IMG/VR virus record: IMGVR_UViG_3300048925_000129 | DNA length: 64,000 bases | DNA from: a virus | Direction: 5' to 3' (one strand) | Part shown: in pieces, positions 39,901-51,400 of the stretch | How positions within the stretch are numbered: position 1 is the first letter of the stretch | Layout of the letters: each line of letters starts with the position of its first letter | The notes under the pieces: model-generated | Seen by the model: only the letters and a program-made list of their open reading frames with translations | Databases searched by the model: none | Told to the model about the DNA's origin: nothing | Program-made: the position numbers and the translations under genes

Positions 39901-42900
39901 GAAGTTTTGCTAAGGCTGCTCAAATGGTTGCTGATCCAGCTTACATCAATAACATAGGTAAAGGATTATTCAATAGAAATAAATATGATGCAATCTTTGA
40001 CAACATGGATTGGATCAACAATAATGAATCAGGATTCGATGAACTTTCTAAGGAGGGTCTAAAACAATTAAAGGAAAATCTTGATTCTGGAGTTATTTCA
40101 AAGTATGATTTACACACGTATACTACTAATTTTGAAATACTTAGAATGGGTAAATCTATTCAGGATGATAATACTTTGAATGAAGTTGAGCCCGATGTTA
40201 TTTCTAAAGAAGACCTTCAAGATATTGTAAATCAGGATGAGGAGGGAAATATGACTTTAGATACTTCTTCTCCAACATATCAAAGAATATTCGAAGATAT
40301 TGCTCAAGACCTGGCTGGTGGGAATACCCTTTCACCTAACCAACAATTAGTTTATGATGCTATTCAAACAAACGAGGAAGAACGACAAAAACTCAATGAT
40401 AGAATAGAAGAGATAAGAGCTGAAATTGAAATAACTCCTTCTACCATTGGAGATCCATTAAGAAATTCACAACTTGCTCAAGAACAAAGAATAAACAAAA
40501 TTGCTGAGGATAGAAAGGCTGAGATCAACGAGAGATATGACACTCTTATTAATCAGACAAACTCAGTTGCCGAAGATATTGATGCCCTGGATGATTCCAT
40601 TACTTTAGAGGAAGGATTAGCCCAAATGGAGAGTAAGGTAGGAGAGCTTGAAGCACAAAGACAGGCAGAACTTGATGAGGTTGATAGAATCCTAGAAGAG
40701 ACCAAAAAGCCTACTGAATCAAGAACTATCCAAATTAATACAGAACTTGATAGATTAAACAATTTCATTGAGAGTGTTATTGATGAGTTGAAAAATGCTT
40801 CGAGAGAATTAAATGTCGAAACGGTTGATAACTTTGATTTAAATCCGAAAAAGGTTTCCAAGCTATTTAATGATTATCAAGAACTATTCAGCAAGGAAGA
40901 CAAAACAAATGAAGATGAGGCTAAACTAGCTCAAATGAAAAGCCTTATTAATAAGTATGGATTAGTTGAAGGAAGAGTTTTAGATTATAATGGAACACCT
41001 GTCAGATTATCAGATGTCTTAGAACAGAGAAACTTCCTAGAAAATGAGCACTTCAATACTGAAACTGAATTGAGTCCTCTTACTGATAGTGAGACAACAA
41101 TTGTAACAACAGAAGCACCTACTGATGAGTTTAGCAGAGGAACAAGGGGAGGAGATCCAACTGTACTTAACAATTATGATTTTGCAACCTTCACAGGAGC
41201 AAATCAAAATAATGAAGTATCAATTTCAAACATAACCCCAGCTTTACTAATTGAACAAGTACTAAGAGATAAAGATGCAGCAACTATAGATGTTGATAAC
41301 AACGAAGTAGATTTATCTCAAGCTAATGATCTTATTAATGAAGGACAGGTTGTAAGAGTCACTTTCAACAGTCCTGAAGGAGAAGTAAGAAGAATTTCTT
41401 TTCAACTAGATAAATCCAGAAGAATAATTCTTCCTCAAGGAGATCTTCAAACTATTGAGGAAAATTCTTTATTAAGATTTAACCCAGATAACATCATCGG
41501 GAGTTCAGGATATTATACCTTAACTATGGATGTAAATGGAACTCAGGTCCCAGTGAGATCAGATTATGATCTAGCTCAACTTATTGATAGTAATGCTGCT
41601 CAAAGATTATCTCCAGGAGATGCATTATCTTTTGAAGTCGAATTAAACTCTGAATATAATCAGAGACTTTTAGAGAGAATGAGACCATTCTTATCTTCAG
41701 TTTCAGAAGAAGACAGAGCTAAGTATGAACCTCTTCTAGTAATGGCTACAGAAGCTGTAGATAATACAACTAGGATTAATGTTTTAAAAGCAAACATTCA
41801 ATCTTCACAAACTCTTCTTGATGCACTAAATAAACAAATTGAAGAGGCAAATGATGCAGTAGTACAAGATAGAGCAGCTTATAATAGGGATGTGGTTTAC
41901 CCACTTACTGATAGAGCAACTGTAGAGGATAGAAATATCCAGGAATTTGAGAATGAGATATCTACCTTACAGGCAAGAAATAAGGAAATAAGAATCACCT
42001 TAAATGTAGATTTTAATAAAACTCCTTATGACAAGATTGTAAGAAATCTTGAAAAGAAACTTGGTAAATCAAAACTTTCTGATGCACAACAGAAAGAATA
42101 TGATGCACTAAGAAAAGAGTTCAAGGACAACATGGTTATTGTATCAAAAGATAAAAGTGGCAATATTATTGGAGTTGTAAAAGCTTTCAGTAATTCAAAT
42201 GGAACAAATGCTGTGAATATGGATTACTTAAGAAGTAACATGTTTGATAGGTTTGAACAAAGTGGATACACAAGTGCTAGATCTCCATTCACTATACCTG
42301 TCCAAATTGTTTATATGGGTGTTCCTAATATTTCATCAACAGATACAGGTAAGGTATTATATGAATTCTCTAGGGATTCTTCTGATAATAGTATTAACCC
42401 TAGTAAGATAATGGATATAGGGTATGTTAGTTTCAACGAGTTAACCTTTAATTCAGGGGCTAGATACAATACTCCATACAATTATGCACAGAGTATAATG
42501 AGAGATAAGGGGTATACAGGTAGAAAAGTACCAGTAGTTATCTTTAAACACAATGGAAAAGAGATAATTTACCCTATTTCATTGAAGGAATCTTTAGACA
42601 GTGGAGTTATAGTATCTCAATTTGATGATCTAGCTAACAATAAGAGTAAAGATTTCAGTCAATACATTAATGATATCAATGAATTCTTATCTGATAACAA
42701 GGTCTCACCTAAATATAGACTTACTTCATTGAATTATTCAGATGATTATGTAAGCCAAATTAGAGATATCATAGCTGATTCAGAGTATTATCCATCTGTG
42801 GAAGAGTTTTTAAACTCTAGAAACATGGCACAAACTTTAATTGACAATGCATTGATTGATATTGACCTTAATAACGAACCATTTATTGGTCCAAAAATAA

Positions 42901-43034
42901 AGTATGCACTAAATCAAGTGCCTGAATTTACTTCAGAATTAAGTAATGATAAAGTAATCAGTGATAATTCCCCTATTAAAAATAGTGTGGAGGAAAATAC
43001 TGAAGAAAATGAATGTAATATTGAATTAGACTAA
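36981..43034 (+). CDS. giant ejection protein with glycine-zipper membrane segments
   Basis: 2017 aa; GxxxG-rich hydrophobic stretches, TEG.WEEG.Q motif, coiled coils; single Cys at residue 2012. Confidence 0.7.
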   Translation: MANTPQDLYNASPSGFDPVMGITSNGVSESVNLANQVLSNPVSYDFGNESLSASLKRVSELKTPDFNSIYKPTLNAASFSLNGGGVPGGGKVDPFGSYQDNSESWIGDRINVDEYYTQMGEGWANLDKSNAGAIGIGGGILAGAATGAAVGSLGGPIGAAIGGVVGGILGGIEGNQVSKNIGYGYVRNKFGSDQDMKYAQQGFGGRAGAGLMNLVHSADSLTLGTLGTIAYLPQAISERSLNVLFNNEFTKLLDDYDKSSQSSNRIYHSSEYDNSSLIGKLAHSELWFEQVAPAVGFMVGAIGIGRATGLGLGAVGLGGATTGAASRAFLAETIGAAAKGETQALGRQALLNGFKNAARAELKAQTFKSMAGNMVTLLTSASPESGLEARGAMNEAQENYIKAYNNAFGRLPSSEEIANFDKANRDSGNGVFAANLAVVGLSNWLQFGDAMGLNRVVKKGLLEDSINRVFGMGVKQTIGEVSEKGIQSAVWEAVQRTKIQKLGYRALKALEAPATEGLWEEGIQHVISDTHKSYLESRFNPQATEINKSLLNAFGESFVNTYTTEAGWNDIMIGMIVGAGGTVRARGGFDVLNQRAVSREVSNINRNVQNLNETQRQFVEAQEDYLNKQAIYNNLANVSTARMGDRIGALNQQVINSDLSKKYVASGNLEQAQLAYQNAIFAKLSAERRAGLSESNKFDMDTMIENIPEDALTNLYNFRSQDQINDFKTQTQDNLNNMVEAFDAAYDMAESLNLGSNQSYFSPTQITEMAALNFFQGMHSADNANNLAQSIEQTVGINGIADSMNYYANLSGVQQRRMSELEDLQKQLEELESRHNELLNDFSTEVVKPQRQGENEAVVSELDRTNNKLAAVQSEMDSVNNRITTLTNILNSKESIPSLPFGNPASKFFDAVNLNIADSESSDVLANLKSLDRYIEHLLDTTEKTEEEVATDRNKADMIQSLVGAYKTQMGLMRSFAKAAQMVADPAYINNIGKGLFNRNKYDAIFDNMDWINNNESGFDELSKEGLKQLKENLDSGVISKYDLHTYTTNFEILRMGKSIQDDNTLNEVEPDVISKEDLQDIVNQDEEGNMTLDTSSPTYQRIFEDIAQDLAGGNTLSPNQQLVYDAIQTNEEERQKLNDRIEEIRAEIEITPSTIGDPLRNSQLAQEQRINKIAEDRKAEINERYDTLINQTNSVAEDIDALDDSITLEEGLAQMESKVGELEAQRQAELDEVDRILEETKKPTESRTIQINTELDRLNNFIESVIDELKNASRELNVETVDNFDLNPKKVSKLFNDYQELFSKEDKTNEDEAKLAQMKSLINKYGLVEGRVLDYNGTPVRLSDVLEQRNFLENEHFNTETELSPLTDSETTIVTTEAPTDEFSRGTRGGDPTVLNNYDFATFTGANQNNEVSISNITPALLIEQVLRDKDAATIDVDNNEVDLSQANDLINEGQVVRVTFNSPEGEVRRISFQLDKSRRIILPQGDLQTIEENSLLRFNPDNIIGSSGYYTLTMDVNGTQVPVRSDYDLAQLIDSNAAQRLSPGDALSFEVELNSEYNQRLLERMRPFLSSVSEEDRAKYEPLLVMATEAVDNTTRINVLKANIQSSQTLLDALNKQIEEANDAVVQDRAAYNRDVVYPLTDRATVEDRNIQEFENEISTLQARNKEIRITLNVDFNKTPYDKIVRNLEKKLGKSKLSDAQQKEYDALRKEFKDNMVIVSKDKSGNIIGVVKAFSNSNGTNAVNMDYLRSNMFDRFEQSGYTSARSPFTIPVQIVYMGVPNISSTDTGKVLYEFSRDSSDNSINPSKIMDIGYVSFNELTFNSGARYNTPYNYAQSIMRDKGYTGRKVPVVIFKHNGKEIIYPISLKESLDSGVIVSQFDDLANNKSKDFSQYINDINEFLSDNKVSPKYRLTSLNYSDDYVSQIRDIIADSEYYPSVEEFLNSRNMAQTLIDNALIDIDLNNEPFIGPKIKYALNQVPEFTSELSNDKVISDNSPIKNSVEENTEENECNIELD

Positions 43035-45331
43035 TGAACAAGTGTAGAATTTTTAGAGACTTCGATACAGATAATGTAATCAGAGTATTAAATAACCTGG
43101 GTAATGAGTCCTCTCTGTATAGAGAGGCTTATGCCCACACTAATGATCAGGAGGAGGCTCTTGATATATGGGCTGTTGCCAATACATATAAGTTCCAGGA
43201 GTATACTAAGGATTTAAACCTTGGAGAAAAAGAACCTGCTTTATCAGATGTGTTAAAGTACATCAACAATTTGAATACTACTGAGACATTATCAAGCCAA
43301 GACATAACTGACTTATCAAACAATCTTCAGACTCTAAACATACAGAATGCAGATACTCTATTAGGAAAGCTACAAAGAACATTCTTTACTGGACAAGGTT
43401 TATTCCAAGTTTCGAGAAGTAAGTTAAGAGAATCAGGATTGTACACAGACCCTGAGATCAATAATCTAATGACTTTTCCATCTTTCAGAGCTAATATAAA
43501 AGAGTTTATTAATAGGTTGAGAAATTCTTTGAGAAAAGGTAACTCTCTTCCAAATTTGTTCACAGATAATTCTTCGTATAAAGATTTTGTAGTTCAAGAT
43601 TCAACTCAGACTACAGGAATAGGAAAGTTCAAGAATTATCTTCCAGAAGATGTCAGAGACTATATTCTATCTAATGTCAGAAATTACACTACAGATGCTG
43701 ACTTCAAGACAAGGATTCAAGCTATGGATAACATAGATATCAAGGATTATATATTAGACAATCCACAAGCCTACAACTATGCTAAAGACATAGTGAGGAA
43801 CTCTAAGATTGTACCTGTATTCTCAGAGATGGATGGAATGATTGTTCCTAAACTAAATAATGACTTGGCTCCAGCTCTACTAAATACTTTGAGAGTAGGA
43901 GAGTCTAAGGAGAGTTTTACCAATTCAGTAGATGTTCTTAGAAATATTCCTTTGGATGATTGGTATGGGAATGAAGCTGTAGAGTCCATTCTTAAAAATC
44001 TGGAGCTACAGGCAGCCTTTAATCACATTGATTTATATGGATTAGCCAACTCTTACAACTCAAAGAGTAGAGAAGAGATTTTAGGTATTCTGGATGTTGT
44101 TGATGACTTTTTATTTAAGGCAGAAATGAATGATGTATCCAACACTGATATCTATGACATCAGCAGTGATATAGCCGATTTCTTTGGACAAGATATAACT
44201 CCATCAGAAATGACCATTCCTATCTCTGGAACTGATAAAGGGAGAAACCTTTCTATGATAGATACAGGACTAGGAGAAATAGAAATGTTCCAATCAGGAG
44301 GTTATGTTAAATTTAGAGATAATCTTTATCAGAAGGCAGCAATCTATAATTCATTTGCTGATATGTTAGATGATACCTATACCAGCCTTCAACAGGATAT
44401 CACAATCCTACCAGATCCAATTTTGGAAGAGATGAGACTTAAGACAGATTCAGGGTATAACTTTACCAGACTATTTAATTTGAATAATGAGAATGGAATA
44501 AAAGGAAGTTTAAGCCAAATAGTTTCAAGACAAATGGACCCCAATTTCTCTATAAATAGCAATGCAGATTTTGATTCAGCTAAGCAGTTAACTCTATACA
44601 AAATTCTGTTAAAGATGCCAGAGAACACCATTAGAAACCAAGATATAATGGATTTTATGTCAAGGAAAGCAATTCTGGATATTGATATCGAAAGCCTGGA
44701 CTATTTAACTTCAGACTTCATATCAGATTTCTATACTAAACAATTGCAAGAGAAGATCATGGAATCTCCTTTATTTGATGCAGCTTATAAGTATTTCGAT
44801 ATTACAAACAGGGGATTGACGTTTACCACAACAAACCCACTGATTAAGAATCAAGTACTTACCTTGCTTTCTGAAGAAGGAATCTTCCCTACACTTCAAG
44901 CTTATAGTGCTGTGAGTAAAGATGACTCATTAGCATTCCTGATGCCAGAGCAATTGGATGAAGCTTTGATTGATATTCAGGATAGGAGAGACTATGTGGT
45001 AAATAGCCCAGAAACCCTTCAAAAGTTCACTAAACCATATACTAAGGTAGATACTACTACAGCAATTGTAAAAAATGCCGTAGAAGAGTTTATAAAGCTT
45101 AATGATGGGATTTACGAACTTACTGATGCCAGAGATGGAGTGGGGATTTATTCTCTCTTAAATAGTGTCTCAGATCCAAGTTACTATGTGATGAATACAT
45201 CTAAACCGATGGTGAACACAGAAATAAAAATTGAGACTTATGAGTCAAGCAATACCGATTCAAGTCTTACAAACAAGTCAAAGATAAGTGAAGCAACGAC
45301 TAATAAAATGCTAGAAAACAGAGTATGTTAG
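43034..45331 (+). CDS. internal virion/ejection protein of unknown function
   Basis: 765 aa; only Cys4 and Cys765; N-terminal ~70 aa paralogous to the N-terminus of 45402. Confidence 0.65.
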   Translation: MNKCRIFRDFDTDNVIRVLNNLGNESSLYREAYAHTNDQEEALDIWAVANTYKFQEYTKDLNLGEKEPALSDVLKYINNLNTTETLSSQDITDLSNNLQTLNIQNADTLLGKLQRTFFTGQGLFQVSRSKLRESGLYTDPEINNLMTFPSFRANIKEFINRLRNSLRKGNSLPNLFTDNSSYKDFVVQDSTQTTGIGKFKNYLPEDVRDYILSNVRNYTTDADFKTRIQAMDNIDIKDYILDNPQAYNYAKDIVRNSKIVPVFSEMDGMIVPKLNNDLAPALLNTLRVGESKESFTNSVDVLRNIPLDDWYGNEAVESILKNLELQAAFNHIDLYGLANSYNSKSREEILGILDVVDDFLFKAEMNDVSNTDIYDISSDIADFFGQDITPSEMTIPISGTDKGRNLSMIDTGLGEIEMFQSGGYVKFRDNLYQKAAIYNSFADMLDDTYTSLQQDITILPDPILEEMRLKTDSGYNFTRLFNLNNENGIKGSLSQIVSRQMDPNFSINSNADFDSAKQLTLYKILLKMPENTIRNQDIMDFMSRKAILDIDIESLDYLTSDFISDFYTKQLQEKIMESPLFDAAYKYFDITNRGLTFTTTNPLIKNQVLTLLSEEGIFPTLQAYSAVSKDDSLAFLMPEQLDEALIDIQDRRDYVVNSPETLQKFTKPYTKVDTTTAIVKNAVEEFIKLNDGIYELTDARDGVGIYSLLNSVSDPSYYVMNTSKPMVNTEIKIETYESSNTDSSLTNKSKISEATTNKMLENRVC

Positions 45332-45353
45332 CAGTAACATTTTTTGTTATCTG

Positions 45354-45387
45354 TTTTGATATGTCAAAATTTTTTCTTATATTTGCA
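45354..45387 (+). promoter_or_regulatory. Bacteroidota promoter
   Basis: TTTG-N19-TATATTTG; near-identical to 34349-34382. Confidence 0.85.
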
Positions 45388-45401
45388 TAAAATTATTTTT
45401 A

Positions 45402-48400
45402 ATGAGCTGTACAATAACTATAACTCCTACAGGAATCTTACAAAAAGTTTTAGATTTCAACGGAGTTGAGTCAGAATTATTTAAACAAATTGCCTCTCTT
45501 CCGTATGTAAATAACGTTAGGGAGGCTTTAGATATTTACCTAAAAACTCAAGCAGAAGATTTTCAAACATCAGTAGCTGCTGCTGCTGATAGATACTCTT
45601 CTACAGAACCTGTTCTTAAATTTCAACTTGGTAACGGAGACATTGTAGGAAATTACTATGATGCCTTATCTCAAGGTGCTGGAGAAATTATAACAGCAGG
45701 ATTTGAAGTAAATGGGGACTTGGTTCCATTACATTCTTTTAGTTCTGAACTTTCTCCTGATACACTTGCTGGTAAAGTAAACAACCTTATTTTAAGTGGT
45801 GTTCTTTCTCCATCAAGATCTAAGATAGAAAATGAGTATAGACTACAAGGGAAGGGAGATAACATCACAACTATTAGTTTCAACAATGTGGAGGCTCTTC
45901 AGCAACTAAACCAAGCTGAGGACAGATTCTCTATTGAGAAAAATACATTAAGAGATAAACTTACTGATAATGTTCTAACTGATTATATTCAGGAGGACTA
46001 CACAGTTGTGGACTCAAACGAGTACCCAGTACACAATGAGCAATACGAAACTGTAATTCTGGATAACAATAACCAATTCCAAGTCATCAATAACCTGGAA
46101 CTAGACCAACATATAGACTCTCAAACAGGACCTAACCTATTACTTGATAGAGCCCTTAACAACCTTATTGATAATGAATACGATTCTACCTCTACAGTGG
46201 ATGTCGATAAGATACTTAGTAATACTGATAAGGAGGGTATACAAAAGAGTTTATTAAAAATCCTTAATAACTTAGGGGTAAAAGTAACTTCTTTATCTAA
46301 CTATTTAGCCAATTATAAGCAGAAGAATGGTGTAGATCCATCAGTAGAGGCATTATCTGACCTTACACAAAGAGTAGTAGCCCTAGCAGAAACAGGTAAT
46401 ACCTTAGAAAATCTTTCTGAGGAGGTATCTCACTTCCTAGTGGAGGCATATAATAACCAGGATGAGATCAATTCTGTACTACCATTAGTAGAAAACTCTC
46501 CAGAGTGGGTAGATGAATCTAATTTTTACTTTAATTTATACCAAAATGAAGGTTTAAATGGTGCTGAACTTACAAATAAAGTAAGAAGAGAGGTATTAGG
46601 AAAGATTATTTCCAATTCTATCTTGAATAATCAACAGTCATCTATGTATGACAGAGCTTTGAGATTAGTAAATAACTTCATTAACACCATAAAAAACTAT
46701 TTTTCTCAAGGAACCAAGACAACTTTAAACAATCTAGTCAATAGAATTACTGAAAGTGCTCTTGAAGAAGAGAAATTTGCAAACAATTTTGATGCAGGTA
46801 ATCTAAATAGTAGTAATTTCGACATATTTTATAGTGCAAAACCATCTACTTTAAGTAATAATCTGAATGCTGCTGTTACTTTAATGCAGAAACAACTTGC
46901 TGTATTACAAAAAGAGGGTACAGGTAGAGGTCTTCAGATGAGAATGGATACTCTTAGGAGTCAAATTGAAGCATCTGATACCTTAAAATCAGTATCCACA
47001 TACTTAGACATGGTAGATACTATATACTCAGATGTAAATAGAAAGGTTAAGAAGGCTATGGAACTAGAGAGAAAGGGGCAGAAAGTAAGTCCTATCCTTA
47101 TGGGACCACAGGCAGTATCTGCTGATATCCTTACTACAGAGAACCTTGCTCATCTATCTACATTAAGAGACAACCTGTTAAACTATAATTTCCTGGATGC
47201 AGCCGATAAAAAGACAGCAACCAGTTTGATTGACAAGATCAATTCATACTCTTCCGATATTCAGGCTTTAAGTGGAGAACTGAAAAACTTAACCACACAA
47301 AGAGGAGAAGAAATGGTTGAGCAGCTTATGACAGAATTCAGATTGCCAGAAAAGGTAAGAGATGATTTTCAGATGCAGCTAAATTCAAAGATCCATGATG
47401 TAAACATGCTAATGGCTAACTTTGGAAACATGCAGAATGCCAGCAACCCAATCTTACTTCTTTTAAGTAAGATGATGAATAGAATGTACACAACAGTGAG
47501 AAATAAAGACTTGAAAGTTTTCAATGCTTTATCTCAAAAACTGAAAGACATTGGAATGTATGATAAGTTAGATAGACTGATGCAGAGAGACTCTAATGGA
47601 AAGTTGACTAACTATTTCAGATCAGTTGTAGACTATGCCAAATTTGATGCAGCTTTCGAGCAAGAGAAAGTAAGGTTGTATAATGAGGCTTTAGCTAATG
47701 ATCCAGCAACATCTTCTCTAACACCTGTTACAAGTACTGATCAAATTGGTTCAGATGGGTATCCAAAAGAAATTGACCTTTCTGATGAAGTGAGAAGAAA
47801 TTACAACGAGCAATTCAAACAATGGCTAGAAGATAATACTGAAACTCCTTACAATGGTTCATTCACCAAGTTAAGAGATGATATGTTCAAAGCTATTGAG
47901 AACGGAGTAACTCTTCCAGACGGAACAAAGATTGCAATGGTTATTCCAGATGTTGTTAAACAACAAATGGCTGAGTGGGCTAGAAGAAGAAGAGAGATCA
48001 AGGAGCCATATAATGTGAACGGAATTGTGGATTATTCTCAAATGTCTGAGACTGAGAGACAACAGTTAAACACAATCAAGAAGGAAAGAAAAGAAGCTTC
48101 ATCTTTAATTGATCCACTTACTCAGGAAGAGAAGACAGGAACTGAGCTTGAAATTGCAAGATCATATCAAGCAATGAATGCTTATTATATGAACCAAAGT
48201 AAGGATCAAAACAAGAGAAGTATTTCAGGTAGTTTCTTTGAAGCTTTGAGTAACATGACTGAGGGAAAGCAAGGACCACAGTTGGCTGAGGCTAACAGAA
48301 TGGCTTTTGAATTCTTTAACAAGAACTCAGGACTTGCATTCAATGAGAAATTCTGGGATGCTATTAAAACAAATAACTTGAAAGCTTCTCAAAAAGTTGA

Positions 48401-51400
48401 GAACTATATAGCTTCAAATGATATAGTTGGAGAAGAGGCTGACATTATGATGGCTCAGGCTGCCAGGCTAGAAAAACTTCTTTCCAATAGATCTGCTTTC
48501 TTAAAGCAGTTTAGTAATCCAGCCAACCCTTCAGAGATTGATGTTGAGTCTATGTCTACAGCAATGCTTACGTCATTTAAAGATTTGGAGCAGGATATAG
48601 AATCACTTTATTCTGAGCTAAATAGTAAGATGGAATCTGAGGATGGTCTAACACCAGTTTTAGAAACAGAATCTACAGCTAACGAAGCTTACATTAAAGC
48701 TTTGGCAGAAGCAGTTAAGCTGCAACCTTCTCTTACTGAGATGGAATTTATGATGGGACATATGACAGCTTTGAACAAAAACAAAGTAACATTGTTCAAT
48801 CAGCAGTTTAGAGATTTCAAGAGAACTGGAATCATCCCTATTACTGGAAACTTTAAATATGTAACTACCAGACTATTAGGACTTGATCCTAAGGCAACAA
48901 ACTCTGAGATTCAGAGAGCTATTACTGAGTATGAAGCTAGAGGAGGTGAAGCACTTGATTCAAGATTTGCTAAATCAAAACTTTTAGGTTATTTCAAAAG
49001 GTTTGCACCAAAGGGATTCTCTGAATTCTATGATATGCTTAAAACAGGAGAGATCGTAGATAGTAATGGAAACATTGTTACTTTATCTGCTGTTCTTGAA
49101 GATATAGAGAAAGGAAGAAATGGAGGAACACCTCAATTTACTTTTACCAATAAGGATGGAGTAAATATTAACCTATCTCAATACTTAAGTGTTAATGCAG
49201 AGGTTGAATGGATGGAGGACCAGAATCCATTTACAGATAATCCAAACTATGTGAAAAATTCCCCAGGGAGTCAGTATATGGGAGGATCTAGACAGCCTAA
49301 GTTATCTACTTACAGCAATCAGGATTTCATTAACGAATTTAATGTTGATATGGATGCTTATAAAAGAACAGGTAAAATTTCATCTGCTGGAACTACTACA
49401 GAGAAAGCAAATGAACTTGAGGCTCTTAATTTAATTGTTGAAAGTAAGTTTGAAGCTTTAAAAAATCAAGGATTACAAAATACTGAAAATTCCTTTAAGA
49501 GATTCCAAGTAAGAAAGACTACACTAGAAAAAGCAGCTAAAGTAGCTAAAGGAAACGTAATCACTACAGCCAAGAATGCATTGAGAGATGGTTGGAGTAA
49601 CACAGTAGATAAAATGATGTATGGGGAAACAGTTGATGGAGATATCAACTCAAATGGTAGAGAGCTATCTAATCTTACCGTTCCTGTTTTAAATGTAAGA
49701 AACATTGAGAATCTGGAAGACGTTACTGAAGATGTAATGTATGGGTTAATGACCCACACTCATAATGCTCACCTCTATACCGAGAGACAGAAAGTTCTTG
49801 CTAAATCAAATCAGTTGGAGCAGCTTATGTTAAATAAGCAGAAATTCATAGGAAAAGAGGCTAAGAATTCCAGAGCTTATAAATGGTTCCAGGATTATAG
49901 AAAGGTCAACCTACTGGGTGTAGCTGAACTTAATAAGGTAGAGGTTCCTCTATTTGGGAAGTCAGTGAATTTGACAAACTTTTTAAGATCATTTGACTCT
50001 TACCAAGGTTTGATCAACGTAGGTTTAAACCCTGCCGTATCTATCACATCAGGTACTTCAGCATTTACATTCAGTTTAACTGAAGGAATTCTTGGAGATT
50101 ATATACCTTCAGACTCTTATAAGTGGGGATCTAAAAGATATATGGCAAACCAGCCAGCCTTTATGACTGAAACTGGTAAAGTTGAAAAAACAAGTGAGAT
50201 CTACTTACTTGGAGAAAAGTTTGGTTTATTCAGATTGACTGAGAGATTAAATGGTTCACAATATAATCAGGCTCTAAGAACTTTGTTTAAAGATGGTCTT
50301 CATGGGGCAGCTCACACATTGACAGAACTTATGACCCACCCTTATGCACCTAGTGCTATGTATGGTGTACTTCATGATTTCAGATATGTGACTAATAAAG
50401 ATGGTTCTCACCAGTTGATGAACTTCAGTGATTTCAAAAGATTAAATTCAAAAGAATTCGACACACCGAAAGAGCTGGATGCTGCTTGGAAATCTTTTGA
50501 AGATAACTCAGTTGCTAAAAACGTGAGTACAGAAAATGGAGTGATTTCATATTCTGACAAATTCAAGGGGTTATGGAATGAAATGTATGGAGATGATCAA
50601 AGCAAGATTGACAATGAATTAGAGTACATGGAAAATGAGATCACTTCAGGAACTGAAAACCTGGTTGCTAAGATAGATGCTAAGATGCCAATGTATGACA
50701 AGTCTACAGCTTCTAGAAATGCATTGCTTAGATTTGCTTTAAGACACAGAGAGTGGTTTACTATCAACATGCAAAACAGATGGAAGAGTCAGCATTACAA
50801 CCTAAATACTCACAAGTATGAGGAAGGATCTTATATTTCACTTTCAACGTATCTTAAAGATACATTCAAAGCTTTTGAGTTTAAGAAAGGAGTAAGTAAC
50901 TATAAGGAATTTAAGAATATATATGATCAGCTTGATTCACATCAGCAAAAGAATATACAAAGAGTTCTTGTAGATGCAGCTATTTCAGCTCTTCTAATCA
51001 TGGTTGGTGCTATGGCAATTGCTCCTATTGTGGATGATGAAGAGAATAAAGATAACTGGGCTATTCAGTATGCTGGGTACATGTATTTCAGACTAGCTTC
51101 TGAACAAATGTCAGTAGGTATAACTGGTATCCCACAATCGAAAGATGTTATTGAAGCTCCGTTTGTTGCAGTAAACTCAATGAAGGAGTTAATGAAACCA
51201 TCTAACTACTCTTTTGATGAAGTAGAGAGAGGATCTTATGAAGGTCATAGTAAACTATTTAAACTGATAGCTAAACAAACCTTTGCAAGACACTATTTCG
51301 ACACAATACATGGAGTGACTCAGAAATCAGACTTCTTCAGACTTAATAACGAATGGACCTTGATGGGAATGAGTAAGCAGTCTAAGAAAGAAAAAGATGA

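Noticed and set aside
43058-43072. DFDTD resembles the crAss RNAP DFDID motif
   Set aside because: It lies at residues 9-13 in the shared N-terminal domain and is absent from the paralogous N-terminus at 45402
44561-44581. NADFDSA resembles the RNAP beta-prime NADFDGD motif
   Set aside because: The third catalytic Asp is missing and the context looks helical; probably chance
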